Assembly: GCA_016190305.1 (NCBI GenBank)
Contig: JACPQU010000156.1
Span: 1 to 34,191 of the forward strand
DNA from: Bacillota bacterium
Lineage (GTDB): Bacteria; Bacillota; JACPQU01
Direction of reading: 5' to 3'
Length of the DNA stretch: 34,191 bases
In this document: piece after piece, positions 1-8,732 of the stretch
Layout: the number at the start of each line of letters is the position of its first letter
Numbering within the stretch: the first letter of the stretch is position 1
Position numbers and translations under genes: made by a program
The notes under the pieces: model-generated
Told to the model about the DNA's origin: nothing
Databases searched by the model: none
What the model saw: only the letters and a program-made list of their open reading frames with translations

Positions 1-225
1 CCGGAGGTGGACCACGAGCACTCCCCCCGGTTCAAGGGGCAGGATAAGGTACTTTCCCCGCCGCCCGGGCAGCCGGAAACGCTTTCCCTTCAACCCCTCG
101 GCAAGTTCTTCGGAGCCGGGCCTGGCCACCTTGGGCAAAAAAACCTCCACCTGCTCGATCCGGCGCCCGGGGATCTCGGCAGCCAGAGTACGCCTCACAG
201 TTTCCACTTCGGGGAGTTCAGGCAC
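1..225 (-). CDS. mutM: Formamidopyrimidine-DNA glycosylase (Fpg/MutM), 5' part; runs off the window
   Basis: Not in the ORF track. Minus strand from GTG at 225 reads MPELPEVETVRRTLAAEIPGRRIEQVEV...RRGKYL...VVHL, the Fpg N-terminal signature. Overlaps the polA stop by 8 nt; polA-mutM is the usual Bacillota order. Confidence 0.95.
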   Translation of the reverse strand, partial: MPELPEVETVRRTLAAEIPGRRIEQVEVFLPKVARPGSEELAEGLKGKRFRLPGRRGKYLILPLEPGGVLVVHLR

Positions 226-3187
226 GGGTGATTTTCACCATCTCGTAGAGATTGGGGCCCACCTTCACGTCTACCTTGAGGGGAACCCGGAGCGGGTACG
301 CCTTCTCCATCGAACCTACCACGAGGGAACGCAATTCGTCGAGCTCTTCCCGGGGGGTCTCGAAGATCAATTCGTCATGGACCTGGAGCAGCATCCGGGC
401 CACAAGGCCGGAGGTCCCCAACTTCTTATGGAGATCCACCATGGCGATCTTGATGATGTCGGCCGCGCTGCCCTGGATGGGAGTGTTGATGGCGGTGCGT
501 TCAGCGAAGAGCCTCGTGTTGTAGTTCCGCGATACGAGGTCGGGGAGGTACCGCCTTCGGTTCAGGATGGTGGTGGCGTAGCCGTGCATGCGACCCCTGG
601 TCACCGCCGCGTCGATGTACTTCCTGACCCCGGCGTAGCGCTCGAAATAGCTTTCGATAAAGGCGGCGGCTTCGGAGCGGCCGACTCCGAGCTGCTGGGC
701 GAGGCCGTAATCGGTCATGCCGTAGGCGATCCCGAAGTTCACCGCCTTGGCCCGCTCGCGCAGTTCGGCGGTCACATCATCCATGGGGAGCCCGAATACT
801 TCGGCCGCCGTCCTCCGGTGAACGTCCTGGTCCTTTTCGAAGGCATCCACCAGCCCGGGGTCTTCCGAGTAATGAGCCAGGATCCGGAGCTCAATCTGGG
901 AGTAATCGGCGGCCAGGAACACCCAGCCAGGATCGGAGGGCACGAAGGCCTTCCGGATCCGCCTGCCTTCTTCCAGCCTGATCGGGATATTTTGTAAATT
1001 CGGTTCGGTACTGCTGAGGCGGCCGGTGGCGGTCACCATCTGGTTGTAGGTGGTGTGCAGCCTGCCCGTGGCGGGATCCACCAGGGTGAGCAGGGCGTCG
1101 ACGTAGGTGGACTTGAGCTTGGCCAAGTGACGGTAGGCCACCAGCTTCGCCGGAAGCTCGTGCCTTGAGGCGAGCTGCTCCAGGACATCGAAGTCAGTGG
1201 AAAAGCCGGTCTTGGTCTTCTTCAAAGCCGGGAGCCCGAGCCGCTCGAAAAGGATCCGGGCGAGCTGTTTCGGGGAGTTGAGGTTGAACTCCTCGCCGGC
1301 CAGCGCGTAGACTTCCCTCACCAGCCCGTCGAGCTTCTCTTCCAGCTCGCCGGACAGGGAACGCAGATACTCCTGATCCACCCCGATCCCCGCCGTTTCC
1401 ATGGACGACAGGACCTCCACCAGGGGCAGTTCCACTTCCTGAAACAGGGGTTCCAGCCCCTGCTCCCCCAGGGCTTTCGCCATTGCGTCGCGGAGCGCCA
1501 GGGAGGCCGCGGCAAAGACGAAAGGGTCATTTTCCGAGCCGGGGAGTTCGGCGGAAAGATGTTCCCGAACCAAGGAGCGGAGATCGGGGAGCAACCGGCC
1601 GGGGTTCAAAAGATAGGCGGCGAGGGCCAGGTCGAACTCCAGCCCCCGAAACTTGATCCCGGCCCTGGCAAGCAGCCCGATCACCGGCTTGGCATCGTAC
1701 ATGACCTTCCGTGGCACCGCCGCCGTCAGAACGGGCGCCAGAAGCCCCAAGGGACCGGCCGGAAGGGGGGAGGCGGCTGGGGACCCTGCCGGGCGGCCGG
1801 GATCGTTAAGCGGCACGAAACAGGACACCGCGGCTCCATCCCCGGCGCGATAGCCGAAGCACAGGCCCTCGAGGCCCGGGATGGACTCGGGGGCGTAAGG
1901 TTCAGGGGCTGCGTCGCCCGTACGGGTGTCGCCGGTGCCGTCGGTGCGGTCCCCGCCGCGGCCGCCGGTTCCGCCGCTGGAGCCCGTGGCAGCCGATCGG
2001 AAGCGGGCGAAAAGGGATACCTCGGGTAGATCCGCGAGCTTCCGGGTCAAGGCTTCCGCTTCCTGCCTGGTCGGCACTCCCCGCTCGGGGGCCGGGGCTT
2101 CCGGTTGCCGGTCCCCATCTTCGAAGAAGCCAAGCTGCCTGGGTGACGGAACCGGCTGCAGGCCAGGAGCCTGGCTCGGGGTGGGGAACGGCGCCGGAGC
2201 CGCGGTCAAAGTATGGGGCGGAGCGGGAATCGGGGCCGGGACATCGACTGAAGTTGAGGCCGGCACCGGCTTAGGTGCCGGGGTTGAAGACGGATCGTCG
2301 ATCCGTGAACCGGTTTCCTCCAGGCCCATCCTCTTGATCAGGCTGCCGAACTCCAGTTCCCGGAAAAGCTCCAGGAGAGCGCTCCGGTCCGGTTCACCAA
2401 GAACCAGGGTATCCCAGGTGAAGTCGAGGGGGACGTCGGTCACGATGCGCGCCAGACGGCGGCTGAACAGAGCATCTTCTCTCCGCCCCTCCAGCTTGCG
2501 TCTCAGGCCTTCGGTGCCGACCGCCTCCAAGGAGTCGAAGAGGACCTCCACGTCTCCGAACTGCTGGACCAGGCGAAGCGCCGTCTTCTCACCAATCCCG
2601 GGGATCCCGGGGATATTGTCGGAGGGATCCCCCATGAGAGCCTTGACCTCCACAAGCTGGACGGGCTCCACACCGAAGCGCTGCCGGATCTCCTCCACCC
2701 CGACGATCTCCATTTCACTGATCCCCTTCCGGGTGAGGAGCACCTGGACGGCCGGGGATACCAACTGGAAGGCGTCTCGATCCCCGCTCACGATCATGGT
2801 GGTGAAACCGTCCCGCTCCCCCCGGCGGGCAATCGTTCCAATGACGTCGTCGGCCTCGTAGCCCGGGGCGTCAAGGGTCCGGATCCCCCAGGCCGCCAGG
2901 ATCGCCTCCACGAAGGCGAACTGCTCCAGCAGTTCGCCGGGCATCTTTTCACGGTGAGCCTTGTAATCCTGGAACTCCGCCTGGCGGAAGGTGATCTCCG
3001 GCCGGTCGAAAGCCACCGCGATGTGAGATGGTCGTTCCTGGGCGAGAAGGCGATGGAGCATCCCGGTAAATCCGTAGACGGCGTTCGTATAGTGCCCCGT
3101 CCTGGTCACGAAGGTGGAAGGGAGGGCGAAGAAAGCCCGGTAAACCAGGCTGTGCCCGTCCAGGAGCATGAGGACCTTTCCCGCCAA
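218..3187 (-). CDS. polA: DNA polymerase I
   Basis: 5'-3' exonuclease motifs (LLDGHSLVYRAF, EADDVIGT, SGDRD, GDPSDNIPGIPGIGEKTA) and polymerase motifs (TATGRLSS, DYSQIELR, KAVNFGIAYG, LQVHDEL). Start placed at TTG 3187 behind a GAGGGG RBS; the ORF track begins at 3205. Confidence 0.97.
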   Translation of the reverse strand: MAGKVLMLLDGHSLVYRAFFALPSTFVTRTGHYTNAVYGFTGMLHRLLAQERPSHIAVAFDRPEITFRQAEFQDYKAHREKMPGELLEQFAFVEAILAAWGIRTLDAPGYEADDVIGTIARRGERDGFTTMIVSGDRDAFQLVSPAVQVLLTRKGISEMEIVGVEEIRQRFGVEPVQLVEVKALMGDPSDNIPGIPGIGEKTALRLVQQFGDVEVLFDSLEAVGTEGLRRKLEGRREDALFSRRLARIVTDVPLDFTWDTLVLGEPDRSALLELFRELEFGSLIKRMGLEETGSRIDDPSSTPAPKPVPASTSVDVPAPIPAPPHTLTAAPAPFPTPSQAPGLQPVPSPRQLGFFEDGDRQPEAPAPERGVPTRQEAEALTRKLADLPEVSLFARFRSAATGSSGGTGGRGGDRTDGTGDTRTGDAAPEPYAPESIPGLEGLCFGYRAGDGAAVSCFVPLNDPGRPAGSPAASPLPAGPLGLLAPVLTAAVPRKVMYDAKPVIGLLARAGIKFRGLEFDLALAAYLLNPGRLLPDLRSLVREHLSAELPGSENDPFVFAAASLALRDAMAKALGEQGLEPLFQEVELPLVEVLSSMETAGIGVDQEYLRSLSGELEEKLDGLVREVYALAGEEFNLNSPKQLARILFERLGLPALKKTKTGFSTDFDVLEQLASRHELPAKLVAYRHLAKLKSTYVDALLTLVDPATGRLHTTYNQMVTATGRLSSTEPNLQNIPIRLEEGRRIRKAFVPSDPGWVFLAADYSQIELRILAHYSEDPGLVDAFEKDQDVHRRTAAEVFGLPMDDVTAELRERAKAVNFGIAYGMTDYGLAQQLGVGRSEAAAFIESYFERYAGVRKYIDAAVTRGRMHGYATTILNRRRYLPDLVSRNYNTRLFAERTAINTPIQGSAADIIKIAMVDLHKKLGTSGLVARMLLQVHDELIFETPREELDELRSLVVGSMEKAYPLRVPLKVDVKVGPNLYEMVKITRA

Positions 3188-3206
3188 CCGGACCCCTCCC
3201 CTCAAC

Positions 3207-3242
3207 CTTACCGGCTTACTTACCGGCTTAGCGACTTACCGG
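3207..3242. repeat. Short tandem repeat upstream of polA (CTTACCGGCTTA x2 plus a partial third copy)
   Basis: Copies at 3207-3218, 3219-3230 and CTTACCGG at 3235-3242. Confidence 0.7.
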
Positions 3243-3299
3243 TAGCCTTAAAACAAGGGGCCGGGGACCCTGGTACAGGCCACCGGCCCTGAAATTATT

Positions 3300-3325
3300 A
3301 TTCGCTTTGGAAGAACAGCTAACCT
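3300..3325 (-). promoter_or_regulatory. Possible sigma-H-type promoter for polA-mutM
   Basis: Minus strand AGGT-N18-GAAT versus SigH consensus AGGA-N18-GAAT. Confidence 0.35.
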
Positions 3326-3429
3326 TCCCTGCTATCTGCGACCCTGCCGCACGGCCTCAGGACGCACACCGTTTTGCAGTACATCATCATGCTTTTACAA
3401 CGCCAGCCATATAACGATATCCGGTCGCG

Positions 3430-4791
3430 TCACGCTCCGCTCCCGCGGCGCCGGACGGTCTTGACGCCCCACCAGGCGAGCCCCAGGATGAGGATCATTG
3501 GGATGAGCCCGCCGATGAAGCCGACCAGGTAGACTGTAGCGAGGGCGACCCGGCTGGTGGTCCGGATGAAGACGTCCATGGTCCGCTTCCAGACCTCGTT
3601 AAAGGGTCCCGGGCCCGGCTGGCCCTGCTCCTCGCCCTTGCGAACGAGGCTGACGTTCACCGTCGCCATTGCGGCGAAGCTCTCAAGGTACCGGAGCCGC
3701 CCGACCATCATCTCGATCTGTTCCCGCACGCGGGCCAGTTCGTACTCCACCCGCAGGACCTCGTCGATGCTCTTGGTCTGGGCCAGCAGCTCCTGAAGGC
3801 GCTTCTCCTGGCGCTCGTAGTTCGTCCGGCGGGCCTGGAGGTCAACGTACTCCTCGGTGACGTCGCTGGTGGAGATGGAGCGATCGCGACTCTCGCCGAG
3901 ACGTCCCAGCTCCCCGAGGAAGCCCGCGAAGCGTTCGGACGGCACCCGGACGACGATGTTGGCCCAGGTCGGGCCTTTCTCCGTCGACTGGACGGATGCG
4001 TTCTGGACGAACCCGCCCCACCCGCCGGCCAGTTGGATCACCTGATCGTAGGAACGCTCCACGTCCTCGACGCTCAGGGTCTGGTTGGCGTTGGTGATCA
4101 GTCTCCGCTCGGTAACCTGGTAGGGAAAGCTTCCGGAGCCGCCCGTCATTCCGCCGCCCCCGGGGCCTCCCGGGCCGATCATCCCCATCTTATCGCCGGC
4201 GATCGCCTCTTCTTTTCGAATGGGCATCGGGGACGGGGGCGCAGCCGGTGCGCCCTGATTGCCTCCATCCCGTTCGGCGTACTCGCCCCTGAACTCGGGC
4301 GGCATCGCCCCCCTGACGGGACCTTCCATCGCCGGCTCGGCGCCGATGGCCATATCTCCTTTTTGGGCCGCTGAAGGCGAACCCATCAGGCCCGAACCGT
4401 AGGGGCCGGCCCCCACACCCAGGGCCTCGAGAATCCCGAAGGTCAGGAAAAGAACCATGACCCCGGCCAAGCCGTACCCCACCACCCGCCACTTACCGAT
4501 GTTGCCCAGCCAACCGAAGAAACTTCTCATTCCCACCCACCTCCCGCTGGTAGGGGAGGGCTCGGCAGCCAGTCTGGCCATGAGGGCTTCGTGAAATCCC
4601 CCGGGGACTTCGACTTCCCCCAGGGCAGCCACTTGTCCCGCCGCCGCCTGGAGCTCCCCTGAGAGCCCGCGGCACTCGGAACACTCGGCCAGGTGCCGCT
4701 TTACGGCCTCCCGCTGTCGGGGTGGAAGGGCGCCGTCGACGTATGCGGATAGGAGGTTAATGATCTTGCGGTGTTTGTAGGCCACTTCCAA
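3430..4791 (-). CDS. Zinc-binding anti-sigma factor (zf-HC2/ZAS) fused to a DUF4349-like domain, membrane anchored
   Basis: N-terminal LLSAYVDGAL...HLAECSEC (HxxxCxxC), TM helix, Gly/Pro-rich linker, DUF4349-like DVTEEYVDLQAR...LARVREQIE...ATVNVSL, C-terminal TM. Directly follows an ECF sigma gene. Start may be GTG 4785. Confidence 0.85.
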   Translation of the reverse strand: MEVAYKHRKIINLLSAYVDGALPPRQREAVKRHLAECSECRGLSGELQAAAGQVAALGEVEVPGGFHEALMARLAAEPSPTSGRWVGMRSFFGWLGNIGKWRVVGYGLAGVMVLFLTFGILEALGVGAGPYGSGLMGSPSAAQKGDMAIGAEPAMEGPVRGAMPPEFRGEYAERDGGNQGAPAAPPSPMPIRKEEAIAGDKMGMIGPGGPGGGGMTGGSGSFPYQVTERRLITNANQTLSVEDVERSYDQVIQLAGGWGGFVQNASVQSTEKGPTWANIVVRVPSERFAGFLGELGRLGESRDRSISTSDVTEEYVDLQARRTNYERQEKRLQELLAQTKSIDEVLRVEYELARVREQIEMMVGRLRYLESFAAMATVNVSLVRKGEEQGQPGPGPFNEVWKRTMDVFIRTTSRVALATVYLVGFIGGLIPMILILGLAWWGVKTVRRRGSGA

Positions 4792-5386
4792 CCCTCCCTA
4801 TCCGGCTTAGACGCGGGCCCCCGACTGGAAGTTCCACGCCCGGGGGTTCCTTGTCCTCGAGCAGGTCGCGCAGGGCCAAGCGAGCCCGGTTGAGACGTGA
4901 TTTAACCGTCCCCACGTTGACCGCGGCGGCGGAGGCGATCTCCTCGTAGCTCAACCCCTGCAGATCTCTCAGGATCAGGCAGAGGCGCTGGTGATCAGGC
5001 AAGGACACGATGGCGGCATGAACCTTTGCCAGCCGCTCCCGCTCCTCGGCACGCTCGTGGGGTCCCGGGGAGGGATCGGCGACGGTCGGCTTCAACTCGC
5101 CGGCCTGTCTTTGAGGGGTTCGGCGCCGAAGGGCATCCAGGCACAGGTTGCTGGTGATCCGGTACAGCCAGGTCTTGAAGGAGGATGCCCCGCGAAAACG
5201 GCTAAGGGCCCGGTAAGCTTTCAAGAAGGCCTCCTGGGCCAGGTCCGAGGCGTCCTCCCGGTGACCGAGCATCCGGTAGGCCAGGTTGTACACCCACTTC
5301 TCGTGGCGTTTCACCAGCACGCCGAAGGCTTCGAGATCGCCTTGCTGCGCGGCGGCAACGAGGACCGTATCCGAAAGCCCGCTCAT
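4757..5386 (-). CDS. ECF RNA polymerase sigma-70 factor (RpoE/SigW-like)
   Basis: Region 2 (DLAQEAFLKAY, FKTWLYRITSN) and region 4 (GLSYEEIA, GTVKSRLNRAR); GGAGG RBS upstream. Confidence 0.95.
   Translation of the reverse strand: MSGLSDTVLVAAAQQGDLEAFGVLVKRHEKWVYNLAYRMLGHREDASDLAQEAFLKAYRALSRFRGASSFKTWLYRITSNLCLDALRRRTPQRQAGELKPTVADPSPGPHERAEERERLAKVHAAIVSLPDHQRLCLILRDLQGLSYEEIASAAAVNVGTVKSRLNRARLALRDLLEDKEPPGVELPVGGPRLSRIGRVGSGLQTPQDH
4807..4835 (-). promoter_or_regulatory. ECF-type promoter inside the 3' end of the sigma gene, pointing at the anti-sigma gene
   Basis: Minus strand GGAACTT-N16-GTCTAA, matching the RpoE-type consensus, just upstream of the anti-sigma RBS. Confidence 0.65.
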
Positions 5387-5645
5387 CCCTATTCCTCCCG
5401 ACCTGTTCCGAAGCCTGCCTGTTTTCGAAGGTCCACAACCTATAGTATCATCGCGACCGGTTGATTGCAGGCCGGTTCAGCACGTCTTGCTCATCCAAGA
5501 ATACTCGTACGCAGAACACTCTACGAAAATAAGGGGATTTTCGCGAGGTGTCTTGCGATCCCTTCAGGTTTCGCGCGGGGGTCATTGCCAGATCAACCGT
5601 GCATTGGTGGACGGCCTTGTCTCGGGACACCTTGTTTCTAATAAA

Positions 5646-7298
5646 TTAGGCGGGGCCCGGTGATGAAGACCATGGGACCGGCATGAGGGAGAGGGGGGAC
5701 CCGGGGGAAGGACGGACTGCGGGATCCTCCCGACCTTCCCCCCGACCCTGGGAACGAATCTCCACGCGGCCGGACAGCGGGCTCCACAGAAGCTCCAGAC
5801 CCAGGGAAGCGAGGCCCCCGTTGCTGATCCATAGCCGGTCCTCGCGCATCCAGCCCCGGATCTCGGTTCCACCGGAAAGGGCCGCCTGCTTTTCGGCGGA
5901 CCAGACAAAACGCCGGTTGACCCTGGCGCTGATCTCCGCCAGGGGGAACCATACCTTCCGCTCCCGAACGAGGGATGGAAGGAAGACCGGCTTGTCGTTC
6001 CAGTAGACACGCAGGAAAGAGACTTCGACGGCCAGGTTCCGCTCCACGATCCTGGTTGTGCTCCCGGGCAGGTACGCGGGCAAATCCTTCGCGGGCACCA
6101 CCATGGTTCCTTCCACCCGAACAGCAGTCGGTACCGGCTGTCCCTCCACCATGACCATCCCGAGAGCCGCGTCCCAGGTGATCTTGAAACCCAGACTGTC
6201 AGCCAGCAGGCGCAGAGGAACATAGGGCACACCTTGGAGTTCAATCCCCCCCACGGTCAACAACTCGCCGTTGACGAAGACGGGGATTCCCTCGGAGATC
6301 ACCGTATGGGCGACCCCGGCTCTCTTGAGGAGTCTGCCCAGGCGATCCGCGGAAATGCGATCAAGCAGCCCTAACTCCCCCAGCATCCGGCGGATTCGAT
6401 CGTCCCGCCCGGGATCAAGCCGGTAAGCGTCCGGGTATACCTCCAGGTACGGCTTGCCTGAGAAAGGATCAAAAGCGGACTCCACCGTATCGTAGCGGAT
6501 TTCGACCGGGGTCCCCACCATCACCTGATCGGTAAGCCACTCCACATCATCGTTGAACAGCCGAACGCATCCCAGCGAGACATACTGGCCCACCGAAGCG
6601 GGAAGATTGGTGCCGTGGAGGCCGTAACCGCTTTTGGACAGCCCGAGCCACCTTGTGCCAAGGGGATTCAAAGGACCGGGCGGAACCGGCTCCTTGTTCT
6701 CGACGCTTTCCGGCGGAAACCAAGTCGGATTGATCAACTTGTTGATGATCCGGAAGTTGCCGGTCGGGGTGCCTGCATCCAGCTTTCCCACCCCTACGGA
6801 GAACACCTTCACGGGTTCATCACCTTCAAACATGCGCAGACGATGGGCGGCCAGGTTCAAGCTGAGGCGCACGTCGCGCCGGATGAGCCTCTGTTCCGCG
6901 GGCTTCTTGAGACCCGGGTCCTGCTGATCGGCCGGGCTGTTTTGAACACCAGGGTTCGTCAGACCACCGACGCCGGTTGGAGAACCCGGGCCGGTTTGAG
7001 CATCAGTGCCCGTCTGAGCCTCCGAACCTGTTTGATCACCCGGACCGGCTTGACCGCCTGAACCCGTTTGATCCCCCAGGTCTGGTTCCCCTTCGAACCT
7101 TTCAGGAAAGACGGGTGGACTCTGATCCCTTGGAGCCAGACGGAGGGCCCCTTCCAGCAGGGTTCCGGTCGCTTGGACCGGGGTGTCTTCCTCAAAAAGC
7201 CCGTACTCTGCCACCCTCGCCATGACCAGGGCCGCCATAAGCATCAGGATTCCGGCAACGAGCCGGGCGATTCGGCGGGAGTTCAGCCTGTCGCGCAT
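5646..7298 (-). CDS. L,D-transpeptidase (YkuD family) with N-terminal membrane anchor and C-terminal copper-amine-oxidase-N/stalk-like domains
   Basis: TPTGNFRI, NPTWFPP, NPLGTRWLGL and catalytic YGLHGT...SLGCVRL; C-terminal YVPLRLLADSLGFKITWD; GGAGG RBS. Confidence 0.9.
   Translation of the reverse strand: MRDRLNSRRIARLVAGILMLMAALVMARVAEYGLFEEDTPVQATGTLLEGALRLAPRDQSPPVFPERFEGEPDLGDQTGSGGQAGPGDQTGSEAQTGTDAQTGPGSPTGVGGLTNPGVQNSPADQQDPGLKKPAEQRLIRRDVRLSLNLAAHRLRMFEGDEPVKVFSVGVGKLDAGTPTGNFRIINKLINPTWFPPESVENKEPVPPGPLNPLGTRWLGLSKSGYGLHGTNLPASVGQYVSLGCVRLFNDDVEWLTDQVMVGTPVEIRYDTVESAFDPFSGKPYLEVYPDAYRLDPGRDDRIRRMLGELGLLDRISADRLGRLLKRAGVAHTVISEGIPVFVNGELLTVGGIELQGVPYVPLRLLADSLGFKITWDAALGMVMVEGQPVPTAVRVEGTMVVPAKDLPAYLPGSTTRIVERNLAVEVSFLRVYWNDKPVFLPSLVRERKVWFPLAEISARVNRRFVWSAEKQAALSGGTEIRGWMREDRLWISNGGLASLGLELLWSPLSGRVEIRSQGRGEGREDPAVRPSPGSPLSLMPVPWSSSPGPA
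6960..7075 (-). repeat. Degenerate 18-bp (hexapeptide) coding repeat in the L,D-transpeptidase linker
   Basis: DQTGSG GQAGPG DQTGSE AQTGTD AQTGPG SPTGVG. Confidence 0.7.
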
Positions 7299-7350
7299 TT
7301 CGGTCCTCCCCGGAAGAGCCTCCTTCGAGCTAAAAGCCCTCCCGAGCGAT

Positions 7351-7380
7351 GATTATGCCAGGGTCGGTACAAGCATATGC
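7351..7380 (-). promoter_or_regulatory. Possible forespore sigma (SigG/SigF)-type promoter for the L,D-transpeptidase
   Basis: Minus strand GCATA-N18-CATAATC resembles the SigG consensus GNATA-N17/18-CATAMTA. Confidence 0.35.
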
Positions 7381-7462
7381 ACGATCACCCTTTGTTGAAG
7401 ATCTTTGGAATGGGGAAAGCACGGAATCGCGTAGGACGGGTTCGCCAATGCCAAGCGACACC

Positions 7463-7493
7463 AAAGAGAAGGGACAGGAGCTTGTCCTGTCCC
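7463..7493 (-). terminator. Intrinsic terminator downstream of the micro-ORF
   Basis: 9-bp stem GGGACAGGA/TCCTGTCCC with 5-nt loop, followed on the minus strand by TTCTCTTT. Confidence 0.65.
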
Positions 7494-7571
7494 TAAGTCT
7501 GTTGTCGCCGGTTACTCTAGGTCCCCGATGACCGGTGGCCTGTCTTTCCGGCAGCTACCACCACCGAAAAG

Positions 7572-7604
7572 CTACTTGCCCTTGGGCTTCTTCTTGGCCA
7601 CCAT
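7572..7604 (-). CDS. Candidate 10-aa Lys-rich micro-peptide MVAKKKPKGK
   Basis: AAGGAGG RBS immediately before ATG GTG GCC AAG AAG AAG CCC AAG GGC AAG TAG; followed by hairpins and a terminator. Confidence 0.45.
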   Translation of the reverse strand: MVAKKKPKGK

Positions 7605-7743
7605 GTTCCCTCCTTCACTGGGGGGTGGGACACACAATTACACCTTCATATTAAGATGGACAGGGTCCTTCTACAAGATATTTTATCCAGGTCTTAAAAA
7701 GCTGTTCCGGATTGCGAGAAATTTCCTTCATCCCGAAGATTAA

Positions 7744-7773
7744 TTGCATCCGGCTCGCACCTCGTGATAACAT
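7744..7773 (+). promoter_or_regulatory. Possible sigma-A promoter for the tRNA
   Basis: TTGCAT-N18-TAACAT with an extended TG; an additional TATAAT at 7785-7790. Confidence 0.4.
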
Positions 7774-7800
7774 TCACTTGAATTTATAATTCCTTTTCAG

Positions 7801-7887
7801 GCCGAAGTGGCGGAATGGCAGACGCGGGCGACTCAAAATCGTCTGGGGTGATCCCTCGTGGGGGTTCGACTCCCCCCTTCGGCACCA
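7801..7887 (+). tRNA. tRNA-Leu(CAA)
   Basis: Acceptor stem GCCGAAG/CTTCGGC, D-loop GGAATGGCAGAC, anticodon loop CT-CAA-AA, long variable arm, GGTTCGACTCC T-arm, encoded ACCA end. Confidence 0.97.
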
Positions 7888-7893
7888 GAGTAC

Positions 7894-7920
7894 GACGACC
7901 CCGTCCGGGGTCGTCTTCTA
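7894..7920 (+). terminator. Hairpin / likely terminator after the tRNA
   Basis: GACGACCCC-GTCC-GGGGTCGTC followed by TTCTA (weak U tract). Confidence 0.5.
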
Positions 7921-7949
7921 TGCTCGGGGAAGATGCTTGGGGAGAACCG

Positions 7950-8097
7950 GTGAACGCACGGCGACGGAGCGAAGGCCTTCCCGGAGCGAGGGCTTCATCC
8001 AGAGCGACAGATCCCGCCGGGGCGAACGATTCCACTTTATTGACCCGCAGGGAAGGAATCATCCTCCGGCATACCGAAGAGTCCGCCGTGCTTTCAC
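7950..8097 (+). ncRNA. Candidate structured RNA of unknown family
   Basis: Closing helix 7950-7965 with 8081-8097 encloses nested helices GAAG(G)CCTT/AGGGCTTC, GCCGGGG/CTCCGGC and GATTCC/GGAATC; G-U pairs favour the + strand. Confidence 0.35.
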
Positions 8098-8117
8098 GGG
8101 CGCGCTTGTCGCTTCCA

Positions 8118-8181
8118 GTGACCAAACTCATGGGTCGCGGTGACTATAACCCTTTGTCTGCGGGACCGGGAAAATTACGAT
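8118..8181 (+). promoter_or_regulatory. Possible Crp/Fnr-family site and sigma-A promoter for the 8238 gene
   Basis: GTGA-N6-TCAT at 8118-8131; TTGTCT (8154-8159)-N16-TACGAT (8176-8181). Confidence 0.3.
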
Positions 8182-8237
8182 AGAGATCGGCCGGGACTTT
8201 AACCCAAATCCCAGTCACCGTGCCAGGAGGACATTCC

Positions 8238-8693
8238 GTGAGTCCTATTTCGAGATATTTCATCAAGGCAGGGCTGATCTATCTCGTGCTGGGATCCGGC
8301 ATCGGGTTGTTGATGGCCTTGGCTGCGGTACCAGTGGGCACCTTGCGCATCGTTCACGCCCACTTCAACCTTCTCGGATTTATGGCTTTCTTCATCTTCG
8401 GGGTGGCCTACCACATCCTCCCCCGGTTCCATGGCCGCCTTCTCTACAGCGAGAACATGGCCTGGGTTCATTTTTACCTGGCGAATTTCGGGCTGGTCGG
8501 AATGGCCCTTTCTTTTGTGATCAGGGACCCGCTCCTGACGGAGGGCCTCCTGGGAACTGCGGAAGCGGCGTCCGGGACGGCGGCGGTCACCCTCCCGCTG
8601 GCGGGCGTTGTCAGCGTGGCCGGAATCCTGCTCTTCGTCCTCAACATCTGGAAGAGTATGGCCCCGCTCAAGCCGACCCCGCCTCAGGGATAA
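8238..8693 (+). CDS. Small 4-TM membrane protein resembling a heme-copper oxidase subunit I fragment (COX1/cbb3-I-like)
   Basis: HAHFNLLGFMAFFIFGVAYHILPRF and AWVHFYLANFGLVGM motifs; GTG at 8238 after AGGAGG. Confidence 0.7.
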   Translation: MSPISRYFIKAGLIYLVLGSGIGLLMALAAVPVGTLRIVHAHFNLLGFMAFFIFGVAYHILPRFHGRLLYSENMAWVHFYLANFGLVGMALSFVIRDPLLTEGLLGTAEAASGTAAVTLPLAGVVSVAGILLFVLNIWKSMAPLKPTPPQG

Positions 8694-8699
8694 ACAAAC

Positions 8700-8732
8700 A
8701 CGCTGGGGAACCGGAACGACGCTGGGGAACCG
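8700..8732. repeat. Direct repeat ACGCTGGGGAACCG x2 (19-bp period)
   Basis: Copies at 8700-8713 and 8719-8732. Confidence 0.7.

Noticed and set aside
7512-7574. Pyrrolysine-type read-through of the micro-ORF TAG, which is followed by a hairpin
   Set aside because: The extension (LFGGGSCRKDRPPVIGDLE) is unrecognisable and no pyl genes are in the window.
7801-7887. tRNA-Leu as attachment site of an integrative element
   Set aside because: No integrase and no convincing duplicate of the tRNA 3' end seen in the window.
8238-8693. A true cytochrome oxidase or NO reductase subunit I
   Set aside because: Only about 150 aa and lacks the full set of heme/CuB histidines.
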